A stretch of DNA of 64,000 bases from the NCBI GenBank assembly GCA_963664405.1, contig OY761158.1, positions 2,688,001-2,752,000 on the forward strand. The letters are read 5' to 3'. This document shows positions 28,753-38,067 of the stretch, one piece after another. Position numbers and translations under genes: made by a program. The notes below the pieces were generated by a model. The model saw nothing but the letters and a program-made list of their open reading frames with translations, did not search any database and was not told the origin of the DNA. Each line of letters begins with the position of its first letter. The stretch's first letter is position 1. Origin of the DNA: Thermoanaerobaculia bacterium. Its GTDB lineage: Bacteria > Acidobacteriota > Thermoanaerobaculia > Multivoradales > Multivoraceae.

Positions 28753-28777
28753 TGTTACCGGCTACGAGAAAGCGCAC

Positions 28778-29119
28778 TTAGTTGGCTGCGAGTCGGTTTT
28801 TTGTCCCCGCGAGGCGTGACTCAGGGTGTGGCGCAGATAGTCGAGGTACCCCTTCGGGGGGTGGCGTCGTGGGGAGTTCTCGGAGGATGGGGAGAAAGTA
28901 GGCGAGGGATCGGATGGGCTGGAGCTTTGGTAGGCGCGGATCTCGGCATGCGCGTCGGGCGGAGCCGAGGAGGAGGGCGGCCTGGAGGACGGTGAGAGGC
29001 AGGTCTTGGTCGAAGAGCTGGTCGACGATGACGCGGTCGCCGTGGTGGAAGCGGTGCGGGGTGTCGGGAAGGAGTCGATAGAGGCGGAGGAGCTGGCGCC
29101 GATAGTGGCTTCGGGTCAT
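28778..29119 (-). CDS. Accessory ORF downstream of istB (113 aa)
   Basis: ATGA-coupled to istB; Y..LPDTP and IRSLAYFLP motifs. Confidence 0.65.
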   Translation of the reverse strand: MTRSHYRRQLLRLYRLLPDTPHRFHHGDRVIVDQLFDQDLPLTVLQAALLLGSARRACRDPRLPKLQPIRSLAYFLPILRELPTTPPPEGVPRLSAPHPESRLAGTKNRLAAN

Positions 29120-29925
29120 GAGCGTCGTCGTGCTGCGCTCCGCCTTTTGGCGCGGTCCTTGGCCTTTTTTTCAGCAGCCTCCTTGGCCTCCTTGCGGCGA
29201 TAGGAGTTAGCCTCGATCTTGACGATCTCGGCGTGGTGGGTGAGTCGATCGACGAGAGTGACGACGCAGGAGGCGTTGGGAAAGACCTCGGCCCATTCGG
29301 CGAAGGGCTTGTTGGTGGTGAGAAGAATGGGCTTGTTGCCGTATCTCCTGGAGACGACCTCGAAGAGGAGATCCGCGTGGCGGTGGTCGTAGGAGAGATA
29401 GCCGAGCTCATCGATTGCCAAAAGCGAGGGTCGGGTGTATTTGGAGAGCCTTCTCTGGAGCGCCGAGGGGGTTTCCTGGACGGCGAGATCGTTGAGCATG
29501 TCGGAGGCGGTGACGAAGCTGGCGGTGGCCCCTCGTTGCAGCGCCTGGTAGAGGAGGTTCTTGGCAATCATGGTCTTGCCGACACCGTTGGGTCCGAGGA
29601 GGATGACGTTGGTGATGTCGTCGAGGAATTGGAGGGTGAGCAGATCCTGGATCTGCTCGCGGTCGATGCGCTGGGGCCAGGAGAAGTCGAAGTCGGCGAT
29701 GCTCTTGAAGAGCCCGACGCGGCTGGTGCGGATGCGCCGTTCGAGGCTGCGCCGTTTGCGCTCGGCCTCTTCTTTGCGCAGCAGCTGTTCGAGCCAGGGC
29801 TGTTCTCGGTAGGTGCCCCAGTCGTCGACGAGGGCGTAGAAGCCGAGGGATCGGGCGAGCTCTCGTAGTGGTTCGTCAGGGATCGTTGGACTCTTCCTGG
29901 GTCGGGCCATCGTCGTTGCCTCCAA
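29116..29925 (-). CDS. istB: IS21 helper ATPase IstB
   Basis: GPNGVGKT, LLAIDELGY, TTNKPF.EW and VDRLTHH motifs. Confidence 0.95.
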   Translation of the reverse strand: MEATTMARPRKSPTIPDEPLRELARSLGFYALVDDWGTYREQPWLEQLLRKEEAERKRRSLERRIRTSRVGLFKSIADFDFSWPQRIDREQIQDLLTLQFLDDITNVILLGPNGVGKTMIAKNLLYQALQRGATASFVTASDMLNDLAVQETPSALQRRLSKYTRPSLLAIDELGYLSYDHRHADLLFEVVSRRYGNKPILLTTNKPFAEWAEVFPNASCVVTLVDRLTHHAEIVKIEANSYRRKEAKEAAEKKAKDRAKRRSAARRRS

Positions 29926-31447
29926 GTTGGTCGTAGTCCTCGAGGTTGTGCGGTCTCACGGAGAGATCTCGCTGTTGGAGCTCCTGGCTGAGCGGCACCG
30001 GTAAAGCCGGGGGCTGACCGAGGCCGCGCTGGTGCCGTTCGAGTAGGAGCCGGACGGACTGGAATCGCGGTGCGTGGTTCAGGAGCGCTTCGCGCACGGC
30101 TTTGTCGAGTCGCTGGGGGCCGTACTGGCGCAGGAGTCGGAGCAGGCCGGCGGTCTGCGTTCCGAGGTTCTCGCCTCGCTCGGCGAGCTGCTGCATCAGC
30201 TCTTCGCATCGAGGCACAGCGGAAAACAGCCGATGGAAGCCCCGGTGTCGTCGGGCCCTGCGTTTGTGAGCGAGGAGCTCCTCGAGGTGTTGAGGATCGA
30301 GGATCTGCTCGCCCCGGGAGTACGAGCGAGGGTGCTCGGCGAGGAGCTCCTGGCCATCGAGGATCCGCACCCGATGCTCGCTGGCGAGGAGCGTGACGGT
30401 CCTCTGCACATGACTGTGCGGCACCGAGTAGTCGTTGAGGTCGAAGCGCACGATCGGCGTCTTTCTGACCTTGATCTCCAGTCGCAGGTCGGTTTCGAAG
30501 TCGTCTCCGGGAAGCTCAAGCAGTCGAGGTCGTTCCTGGGCCAGGGCGCTTTTCACGGTTCGCTGTCGGTCCTGCGGCCAGGGTCTGCGCTGCGACCTCT
30601 GGCACCATTCCAGGACCTGCCGATTCAGACGATCCAAATCGCTCACCGTTCGGGCGCCGAAGAACGAGCTTCGCAGGAAGCGGATTGCGCGCTCGACGCG
30701 GCCTTTCTCATTTCCCCGAGCCACCGCGGCGACGGTGGGAAGGAAGCCGTAGTGGCTGGCGAAATCGAGCAGCACGGGATGGAAGCGCACCGCGGTTCCC
30801 TGCCGCTCGATCACCGCGGTTCGCAGGTTGTCGTACAGAACGGTCCTGACGACGCCGTCGACGTAGTGGAAGGCCAGCTGGTGAGCGTGCAAGAAGGTTT
30901 CGAGACGAGTGTCGAGGGTGAAGTGCACGAAGACCGTGCGCGAGAACGACAGCACGAAGACGAAGGCATAGAGCCGACGATGTGCCCGGCCGACGCGGAG
31001 CCGACCGAAGTGGCCCCAGTCGACCTGCGCCTGCTCTCCTGGCAGCATGCGCAGCGAGAGAAACGCCTCGCGCTGGGGCTTCGGTCGCATCGAGGCCACC
31101 AGGTGGCGAAACTGATCCGGGCCTCCTGGATAGCCGCGCTCCACCACCATGGTGTAGAGACGGCTCGCCGGCAGTCGTGGGTAGGTCCCGAGCACCTGCT
31201 CGATGAACGGCAGGTAAGGATCGATCATCCTCCCTCGTCGCTGCTGGGGTAGCACGCCGGACTTCTCCAGCGCCCGGCGCACGGTTGAGGGGTGCAGCTG
31301 TAGCTGTCGAGCGATCGTGCCGACTTTCCACTTCTCGACCAGGAACAGACGACGGATCTCCCCGCGCAGCTGTGCGTCGATCACGCCCCTATCTCCGTCG
31401 GCAACGACGAAAGCTCGTTCGCACAAACTCTCGGCAGGCCTCTCCAC
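29876..31447 (-). CDS. istA: IS21 transposase IstA
   Basis: PGEQAQVDWG, LYDNLRT, EKGRVER and NDYSVP motifs. The true start may be slightly downstream (GTG of VIDAQLR). Confidence 0.95.
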   Translation of the reverse strand: MERPAESLCERAFVVADGDRGVIDAQLRGEIRRLFLVEKWKVGTIARQLQLHPSTVRRALEKSGVLPQQRRGRMIDPYLPFIEQVLGTYPRLPASRLYTMVVERGYPGGPDQFRHLVASMRPKPQREAFLSLRMLPGEQAQVDWGHFGRLRVGRAHRRLYAFVFVLSFSRTVFVHFTLDTRLETFLHAHQLAFHYVDGVVRTVLYDNLRTAVIERQGTAVRFHPVLLDFASHYGFLPTVAAVARGNEKGRVERAIRFLRSSFFGARTVSDLDRLNRQVLEWCQRSQRRPWPQDRQRTVKSALAQERPRLLELPGDDFETDLRLEIKVRKTPIVRFDLNDYSVPHSHVQRTVTLLASEHRVRILDGQELLAEHPRSYSRGEQILDPQHLEELLAHKRRARRHRGFHRLFSAVPRCEELMQQLAERGENLGTQTAGLLRLLRQYGPQRLDKAVREALLNHAPRFQSVRLLLERHQRGLGQPPALPVPLSQELQQRDLSVRPHNLEDYDQLGGNDDGPTQEESNDP

Positions 31448-31784
31448 ACTGCATGCATCGCGGATTCCTCGGGTCGTAGCGCACTTCGCGCCTCGGAGTC
31501 TCGATCCGACACAGTGTCCTCCCCGAAGTACCGCCTGGGGTACCCTGATGCGTCACTTTCTCTGCCCGCTCGCGCTGGCGCCGACGGTAGCGGGCCTGAC
31601 GGGCGGCATGACAATGCCGACCTCGGAGGCTTCGCTGGTACCGATGGCCGGCCGCCCGAGTCGATTCCCGACGAGCCACCAGAGCACAAGCCCGGCAGTA
31701 ACGCTGGCCACGGTCACAGTGCGAGCACAGCGAGATACGCCGACGGCATCGAGCACAGTCGAAGAGTCGGTAGTCCGGTCGCAT
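31389..31784 (-). CDS. Cys/Arg-rich accessory ORF upstream of istA
   Basis: CARC...CSHCDRGQRYC..C and a C-terminal CMQCG; lies inside the IS ends. Confidence 0.65.
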   Translation of the reverse strand: MRPDYRLFDCARCRRRISLCSHCDRGQRYCRACALVARRESTRAAGHRYQRSLRGRHCHAARQARYRRRQRERAEKVTHQGTPGGTSGRTLCRIETPRREVRYDPRNPRCMQCGEACREFVRTSFRRCRRR

Positions 31785-32148
31785 CGTCGCCTCCCATTCG
31801 ACGACGACCCCGACTCTCTGCCATACTGCAAGCGCAGCTAATGCTGCGGTTTGGGGCAGAGCCCGGGGCGTTTTCTACTTCGCTTTCCCGGGCTCTCGCC
31901 GTCTCTGGTCGGCCTGCTCTATCAGAGCAGAGCCCGCACTGCAAAGCCCTACACCGACTCACGCATCTCTTCCGACCGCAAACACGCCGCCGGGACCACG
32001 CACCCGGACCGCCGTTCCGGCGGGATGATGCCGCCCTTCCTGAAGAAGGCCTAGCTTTCCCGCGGTCGCGAAGCCCTCAGCTCACTCCATCCCGGAAACT
32101 GCGCTCGCAGCCAACGGGATGCGCTTTCTCGCAGCCATCAACACCCTG

Positions 32149-32555
32149 ATCTCCTTGCCCAGGTTGAGGTTCCAATCCGGCGTTTCACGGCAGACGGGGC
32201 CTATGACCACAGGTCGATCTACGATCGGGTCACGGCGGCCGGTACAGAGGACCTCATGATCGTGATCCCGCCTCGTCGCTCGGCGGTGTGCGCGGGGCCC
32301 ACGGACGGCCCGTGGGCGCAGCGAGAAGCGGCTCTTCAGAGGATTCGTGAGGTCGGACGACGACTGTGGCAGAAGGAGTCGGGTTACCGACGGCAGGCTC
32401 GCGTTGAGAACGGGTTCTTCCGATACAAGTCACTGCTCGGAGGCGACCTGAAGGCAAGGAACAGCAAGGCGCAGACGAGAGAGGCCATGATCGGGTGTCA
32501 CATCCTTAACCGGATGGCAGGGCTCGGCAGGCCAGAGTCCTACGCTGTGTCGTGA
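32149..32555 (+). pseudogene. IS5-family transposase, 3' part
   Basis: FTADGAYD, IPPR and WQKESGY..QARVEN.FFRYK motifs. Confidence 0.9.
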
Positions 32556-32735
32556 CGGAATGGCTGGAAAAAGCGGCCCAGGCTCGCTCTGGGTCGAATC
32601 GTGCAACAACGCCCAATCACATAGCAATCGCCAGAACGCAAACCGCAACAAACTCCAGCAAACCGAAACAAGAGAAACTCCCTAGTTTTTGGTCAGAATC
32701 AAACCACTAACAAACTCCAGGAAAGTTCCATACCA

Positions 32736-32760
32736 TGAATGGCATTCAAGAGGTCGCCGG
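32736..32760 (+). other. tRNA-Ala(GGC)-like fragment (att scar)
   Basis: TGAA-TGGCA-TTCAAGAGGTCG resembles the anticodon arm and variable loop of tRNA-Ala(GGC); no rest of a cloverleaf. Confidence 0.6.
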
Positions 32761-32974
32761 GCGCTGCAGGCAACGATTCGAAGGACCTCATTCTGCGCCT
32801 CCTCGTTGAAAGCGGGGGCTCCCATCGTACCAAGGAGCATGTCGAGCTTCTCTTGAACCGTGGGGTGCGCCAAGGACAGGGACGACGCGAACCTTGCGCA
32901 ACGGCGCACACCCCAGGCGTATCCGCGCGTAAGTGCCCGTGCGGCGACCGGCCCGCCCGAGGTAGGCTCCACTC

Positions 32975-34375
32975 ATGACAAGCGCTCATCTCGAAGAGCA
33001 GCACTGCACGAGAGCCGGCGCCAATGCGCGTCGTGCTCCGGTACTCGTCCTCGGCCTTCACATCATCGTTGGCGCACTTTCGGCTATCGTAGCTCAGCAG
33101 CAGGGCGCGACGACGACGCCCGAGTTCTCCTGGGTTAACCCCGGATGCGAGGGGACCACCTTCCCCGAGGGTGTCCTCGAGGTCTTGGCCGTCGACGAGC
33201 CGGTCGAAGCCACTCTCCCCCCCGGTCTTCGTCACGCGACATTCGAGAGTCCGTCGATGAAACGGACAGTGGGCTACTGCATCTATCTGCCACCGGGCTA
33301 CGACGACCCCGCGAACAAAGAGCGACGCTATCCGGCTGTCTACCATCTGCACGGCGGTCGGCCAGGCAACGAGAGCAGGAGCGCCACACTCTCAGACCCT
33401 GTTGATGAAGCGATTCGGGCCGGCCAAGCCGCGCCGGCGATCTACGTCTTCCCGAACGGCGGCCACGTCAGCCACTACGACTCGAAGCAGCACGCCAGCA
33501 TGGGGGAGTCAGTCTTCCTGCGCGAGCTCATTCCTCACATCGAAGCGAGCTATCGAACCCTTCCAGGCCCAGGCGGACGCGCACTCCAAGGCTTCTCTCA
33601 AGGCGGCCGTGGCACCGCCCGCATCCTCTTTCGCCACCCAGAGCACTTTTGCTCCGCCGCACCCGGTGGCGCCGGCTACGCAACGGAGAAGCAGATCTCT
33701 GAGGCCGACGGTATCGAGGACACGCCCACCGCCAGGAACAACTACGGCGCACCACTCGAAATGGGTGCCGGCAACAACACCTACGACCTCGCTCGCGAGG
33801 CCGTCGCTCGGGGGGCAGCACTACCACCGATTCTCATCTGGGTTGGCACCCGCGGTTTCAACTATGAAAACAACCTCGCCTACATGCGCTTCCTCGAAGA
33901 GCTCGAGGTTCCCTTCGACCGGCTCGTGGTGCCGAACGCGGGTCATCATCCCGGCGTCATCTACAAGACGCATGCCCTTGACCTCATGACCTTTCACGAG
34001 CGGGCGTGCGGCTGGGAGGGCGGGCCCAACCGGCCTGAGCGCTTCGCCTCCGGTGCAACGGTCGAGCACAATCTCGTTCAGCACAAGGCTCTCGCCGCAC
34101 TCGGCGAGCGCATCTGGTGGCGCGCGACCGGCCGCGACATGGAGGCGTGTTCGGCGATGAGGCTACAACCACTCAAGAGAATCGAGCCGCATTCGCAATC
34201 CCAGAGCCCGCTCATGAAGACAATCTGGCCAGCCCCGACGCTCCTGCCCGCAGCGCTCGTCAGCCTACTCTCTGGCGAGGCTGCTACCGTACAAGAGCGC
34301 CTGCCTAGCCCCGCCGGCCTCCGGCCGGCAGGGATGCCACCCGAGGAGTTACATCCGGGCGCCACCAAGTCCTGA
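32975..34375 (+). CDS. Putative esterase (alpha/beta hydrolase); the C-terminal about 120 aa are probably read-through
   Basis: IYLPPGY, YPAVYHLHG, ELIPHIE..Y, GFSQG nucleophile elbow and AGH motifs. Confidence 0.8.
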   Translation: MTSAHLEEQHCTRAGANARRAPVLVLGLHIIVGALSAIVAQQQGATTTPEFSWVNPGCEGTTFPEGVLEVLAVDEPVEATLPPGLRHATFESPSMKRTVGYCIYLPPGYDDPANKERRYPAVYHLHGGRPGNESRSATLSDPVDEAIRAGQAAPAIYVFPNGGHVSHYDSKQHASMGESVFLRELIPHIEASYRTLPGPGGRALQGFSQGGRGTARILFRHPEHFCSAAPGGAGYATEKQISEADGIEDTPTARNNYGAPLEMGAGNNTYDLAREAVARGAALPPILIWVGTRGFNYENNLAYMRFLEELEVPFDRLVVPNAGHHPGVIYKTHALDLMTFHERACGWEGGPNRPERFASGATVEHNLVQHKALAALGERIWWRATGRDMEACSAMRLQPLKRIEPHSQSQSPLMKTIWPAPTLLPAALVSLLSGEAATVQERLPSPAGLRPAGMPPEELHPGATKS

Positions 34376-34458
34376 GACATTCGGTTGGCACCTAGCAGCA
34401 GCCGAAGGCTGCCGGGGGGGATCGTCCCGCCGGAAACAGCGGCGGCCCGGGAGCACCT

Positions 34459-34532
34459 AGGTGCAGGGCTATTCGGCAAACGCCAACCACTCAGTCGCCG
34501 TCGAGCTTCCGTTGCCGAATAGCCCTGCACCT
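34459..34532. repeat. Perfect 21-bp inverted repeat with a 32-nt spacer
   Basis: AGGTGCAGGGCTATTCGGCAA / TTGCCGAATAGCCCTGCACCT. Confidence 0.85.
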
Positions 34533-34689
34533 CGCGACCTTAGCGGCGTTCGCTCGTCTGGAACCAGAAACGTCTTCTTCTCCGTCGCAGCCGGCTTCTG
34601 CAACGCTTCGCATGTTGGTCTGAACGCAGCCGTTTCCGCCGGTCAACCACGATCCCGCCATCGTGGAGTGTCCCAATGGCGACCTGCCC

Positions 34690-34900
34690 CCATCATGATG
34701 GCCTCCGATGCCGCGGATGAGACAGCCGGGGGCCGCACAGCTCTGTGGATCAGTGGGGACGAGGGGTTGACATGGGCCGATACGGGCGACACCATCGCCG
34801 GCATCCATGCTGGAGCAGTTCAGCTCGAGGATGGACGCCTGATGGCTCTTGGGCGCGGCGACAACGATGACGGCCAGGGGAGACACCTGGTCGGTGGCGC
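34690..34900 (+). pseudogene. BNR/Asp-box (sialidase-like) gene fragment
   Basis: WISGDEGLTW.D.G..IAGIHA..VQLEDGRLMALGRG; limits approximate. Confidence 0.6.
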
Positions 34901-34969
34901 CTGGACAGATCGTTTTCTGATGAGCTACAAGAGTGCCGTGGCTGAAGACTCCGCCAGCCGAGAAACGCC

Positions 34970-35824
34970 GTGAAGCTGCTTGCCGGTGAGATGGCCTCGA
35001 TCCTGGCTTCCCGTGGCCGGAAGCCGAGGCTGGGAGTACTGGTTCGCTTCCTCGTCGCCCTGGCGGTGATGGTCACGGCCTACGCCGTGATCTTCAAGCT
35101 GTTGATGGCTCGCGAGGGCCAGGATCAAACCTGGATCACCTCCTTCTATTGGGTCCTCACCGTCATGTCGACGCTCGGCTTCGGAGACCTCGTCTTCCAC
35201 ACGGACGCCGGGCGTTTGTTCTCGATCGCCGTGCTCCTTAGCGGCATGCTTTCTCTGCTCGTGCTCCTGCCCTTCATCTTTATCGAGTTCTTCTACCAGC
35301 CCTGGATGGAGGCGCAAACCGCTGCGAGCACTCCCCGTTCTCTCAAGCCGGGTACGCGCGGACACGTCATCATCACCCATCTCGACGCGGTTACTGCCGA
35401 CTTCATCCGCCGGCTGGAGCGCTACAAGCAGAGCTACGTTCTGATCGCTCCCGACTCGGAGGAAGGGCTGCGACTGCTCGACCATGGTTATCGAGTCGTG
35501 GTCGGCGCCCTCGACGATCCTGAGACCTATCGCGCGATCCGAGCGCCCGACGCCGCCCTGATCGCGGCCACCGGTTCCGATCCTACCAACACCCTGATCG
35601 CCTCGACCGTGCGCGAGGTCTCCGAGGAGGTTCGCCTCATCGCGACCGCCGACGACCATGCGTCGATCGACGTCCTCGCGCTCGCCGGTTGTCAGCAAGT
35701 GCTGCATCTCACGAGCATGATGGGCTCTGCCCTCGCCCGGCGGGTAACAGGTGGCGATCACCGTTCGCATGTGATCGACACCCTCGACCGGCTCCAGATT
35801 GCCGAGGCCGCGCCTGTGAGCTGA
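34970..35824 (+). pseudogene. Potassium channel protein (2TM + RCK-N), apparently 3'-truncated
   Basis: YWVLTVMSTLGFGD filter; GHVII..., G..DDPETY..., LALAG; ends at a palindromic element. Confidence 0.8.
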
Positions 35825-35868
35825 CTCGCCGCCTCCGCCGGCCTGGCGGAGCCGAGTCCGAGCTCACA
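35815..35868. repeat. 54-bp imperfect palindrome with TGT...ACA ends
   Basis: TGTGAGCT-GACTCG-..-CTCCGCC-loop-GGCGGAG-..-CGAGTC-..-AGCTCACA. Confidence 0.65.
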
Positions 35869-35897
35869 TTCAAGATGTCGAGGGTTCGATTCCCTTC
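35867..35897 (+). other. Second tRNA-Ala-like 3' fragment with T-arm
   Basis: CATTCAAGATGTC-GAGGG-TTCGATT-CCCTT. Confidence 0.55.
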
Positions 35898-36044
35898 CTC
35901 GGTGCTTCTGCGCCAACGCGGTTTCTCCCGAGTAGAGATGGCGACAGCGTCCGTCTGCTGGCTAAGCCGCCGGGAGGCCGCCAGGCTTGCGCATGGACAA
36001 GGATGGCAAGGAACAGGGGCTGAGAGTCGTGTAGGGTCTCTCCT

Positions 36045-36563
36045 ATGAAACAGCGAGAGTTCCTGCAGGCTGTACAGAGCCATATTGCGCGAAGCGCGGT
36101 AAGCGCGTCGACGATGCGCGGTCGTGGCCATGCCGGAGCAGCAGCTGCTGCACGAGAGTTTCTGCGCCATGCCAGGCTATCCTCCTTCGGCGGGAAACCG
36201 CCGAAATTCAGTCGCTCACTCGACCGAGAGACGGATGCGCTACTAGCCGCGCTACCACGGGGCGCTCGTCAGTGGGGTCTCGCTAGGAAGGTCCTCAATA
36301 TCTTCCTTCGGGACTGCATGTACACGACATACTTGGAGGCTGCCTATGGTTTAGGCGCGAGAGAAGAGGTGTTCGAGATTCCCCTCGATTCGGTTACTGG
36401 CGAACATCTGAACCGCCTAGCAGGGCGAGGTGAACTACCGCGTTGGCCCGGCGTCAAGAACCTGACTCCCCAGATCAGTGCTCAGTTTCAGGTCGTCGCA
36501 GCTGCAGAGGCCGCCAAAAGGGGTGTCGCACGTGTTCATTTAGATGCGCTGTGGTGGGCGTGA
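36045..36563 (+). CDS. Hypothetical protein with a helical DNA-glycosylase-like pattern
   Basis: WGLARKVLNIFLRD, EIPLDS and HLDALWW motifs. Confidence 0.6.
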   Translation: MKQREFLQAVQSHIARSAVSASTMRGRGHAGAAAAAREFLRHARLSSFGGKPPKFSRSLDRETDALLAALPRGARQWGLARKVLNIFLRDCMYTTYLEAAYGLGAREEVFEIPLDSVTGEHLNRLAGRGELPRWPGVKNLTPQISAQFQVVAAAEAAKRGVARVHLDALWWA

Positions 36564-36867
36564 ACCTGAGGCGAGCGCTTCTTCGGGTGCCGTCAATTTG
36601 GAGAGCCAGCTTCAAGAGTCACGTTGAGCGGACGAACCTCACGCCTTCATGGGTTGAAGAGACGGGACGAGGATCGGCGGGAGGCGCTGAGACAGTCTGG
36701 CCCGGCAATGGTCTGGTGACCTAGCATATGCAGCGCCTCGGCTTCGTGCCGACCCTAGCCAGCACCGCCAGAGAGCCTGTTCGCGCCTCGACGGTCTGCT
36801 GCTCCTTCAGTACCAATTCGTGTTCAGCCGCCTCGACTGTGATCGTCGAGGGTCAGGACGACCTGCA

Positions 36868-37644
36868 ATGCGGCTGACGCCCCATAACCACGACAAAGCC
36901 AAGCGCTGGGCGGAACTCTATGCTCGGAAGTGTCTGGGCTACTACCTGCGCGCAGTCTGTGGTCGCGACTTCCGTATGAGGAGAGGTTCAGATCCTCCTG
37001 ATTGGGAGCTGACTCTAGGCGGATACTCCTATCCGGTCGAGGTCACCCGCATCGTGAGCCGGGCTCGTTTTGCTGGCAGAGAAGTCCCGTCGCTCATGGT
37101 CGAGAGTGAACTCTTCGCCCTAGCCGGCGAAGTGGGCCGCGGTGTTCTGAGGATCGGGCCGGATCTTGGCACCCACATCATGACCATCGACAACCTGAGC
37201 CTTGATGCCAAGCAACGGAAGTCAGTAGTCCAGGACGCGATCGAGTATGTACTACGAACCAAGCATACCGAGGACGCGGCTGAGAAGCGTCTAATCGGGA
37301 ACGCCGAGGGTGAGATTGCCATCAGGAAGGTCCGCTCTGGACAAACGTACGTTGGTCCTATGGTCTCACTCTGGCCCGGTGGGACGGGAGTCAGCGGGGA
37401 AGAACTCAGGACTGTACTTCGCAAAGAGCTGACGGCGAAGAGCGTGACGATGCACTCCTTACCTCGACCCCAGATCCTTCTCTTGGTCGACAATGTCGGG
37501 TGGGGCCACGACCAAAGATGGGCAGATTACGTCCCTGGTGATCAGCTTTCCAATTTCGATGCCATCATCCGGGCGCACGGAATGTACACCTGTGAGGTCA
37601 TTCACTCGAACAACCGACTGGAGTGGCTGCGCAACGGAAGGTGA
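36868..37644 (+). CDS. Hypothetical protein with an N-terminal PD-(D/E)xK-like motif
   Basis: E...DPPDW.....YPVEVT; start at MRLTPH preferred. Confidence 0.55.
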   Translation: MRLTPHNHDKAKRWAELYARKCLGYYLRAVCGRDFRMRRGSDPPDWELTLGGYSYPVEVTRIVSRARFAGREVPSLMVESELFALAGEVGRGVLRIGPDLGTHIMTIDNLSLDAKQRKSVVQDAIEYVLRTKHTEDAAEKRLIGNAEGEIAIRKVRSGQTYVGPMVSLWPGGTGVSGEELRTVLRKELTAKSVTMHSLPRPQILLLVDNVGWGHDQRWADYVPGDQLSNFDAIIRAHGMYTCEVIHSNNRLEWLRNGR

Positions 37645-38019
37645 GCTGCCAGATGGGCGAAGGTTCGGGTGATCGCGAAGCGTATCCCCGTCCTGTCGAA
37701 GGTGCATGTAATCGAAGCGCGTGAGGCTCGCGACTGCCCCAACGACAGGGAGATGCTGGCAGAGCTTCGCCGCCAGCAAGGAGAATAAGGTTGAAGTCAC
37801 CTTTCTTGCTCACCTCCTGCTCACCAACTCAGCCAAACTGCCCGGGATTCAAGAGGTCGAGGGTTGCCCCAACATAGAGCAGCGACCACCGGGCTCCCTG
37901 AGTGCGAAAGCGCCGCTCGAGTCCTACCTACCGCCTACCCTGGCCCGGAGTAGCGATCTAAGCCTCACCTATGGAGCAAGAGATAAGTCGAATGATAAGA
38001 ACGGTTTAGAGACTGGTAT

Positions 38020-38067
38020 CCCCAAGTACGCTTATTTTGAACACCCCAAGTATGCTTATTTTGAACA
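38020..38067. repeat. Tandem 24-bp direct repeat
   Basis: CCCCAAGTA[C/T]GCTTATTTTGAACA twice. Confidence 0.85.

Larger units (their letters stand above)
28753..32143 (-). mobile_element. IS21-family element (3391 bp) with 5-bp target duplication CCCTG
   Basis: Ends TGTTACCGGCTACGAGAAAGCGCA and TGCGCTTTCTCGCAGCCATCAACA; CCCTG at 28748-52 and 32144-48. Confidence 0.93.
28109..32613 (+). mobile_element. IS5-family (IS903-like) element interrupted by IS21
   Basis: 21-bp TIRs GGCGTTGGTGCATGAATCGAC and GTCGAATCGTGCAACAACGCC (18/21 match). Confidence 0.85.

Noticed and set aside
32169-32176. GTTCCAAT identical to the 8-bp spacer between the tandem IS6 copies
   Set aside because: It lies inside the IS5 transposase coding sequence with no IS6 end nearby; an 8-mer match is expected by chance.
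35900-37700. Possible integron cassette array of orphan genes
   Set aside because: No attC boxes (RYYYAAC...GTTRRRY) follow the ORFs and there is no intI.
38014-38026. TGGTATCCCCAAG as the reverse complement of a tRNA-Glu-like 3' end
   Set aside because: Only 13 nt with no proper T-arm; too short to support.
38020-38067. Possible mini-CRISPR
   Set aside because: There are only two abutting repeats, no spacer and no cas genes. No CRISPR array was seen anywhere in the window.
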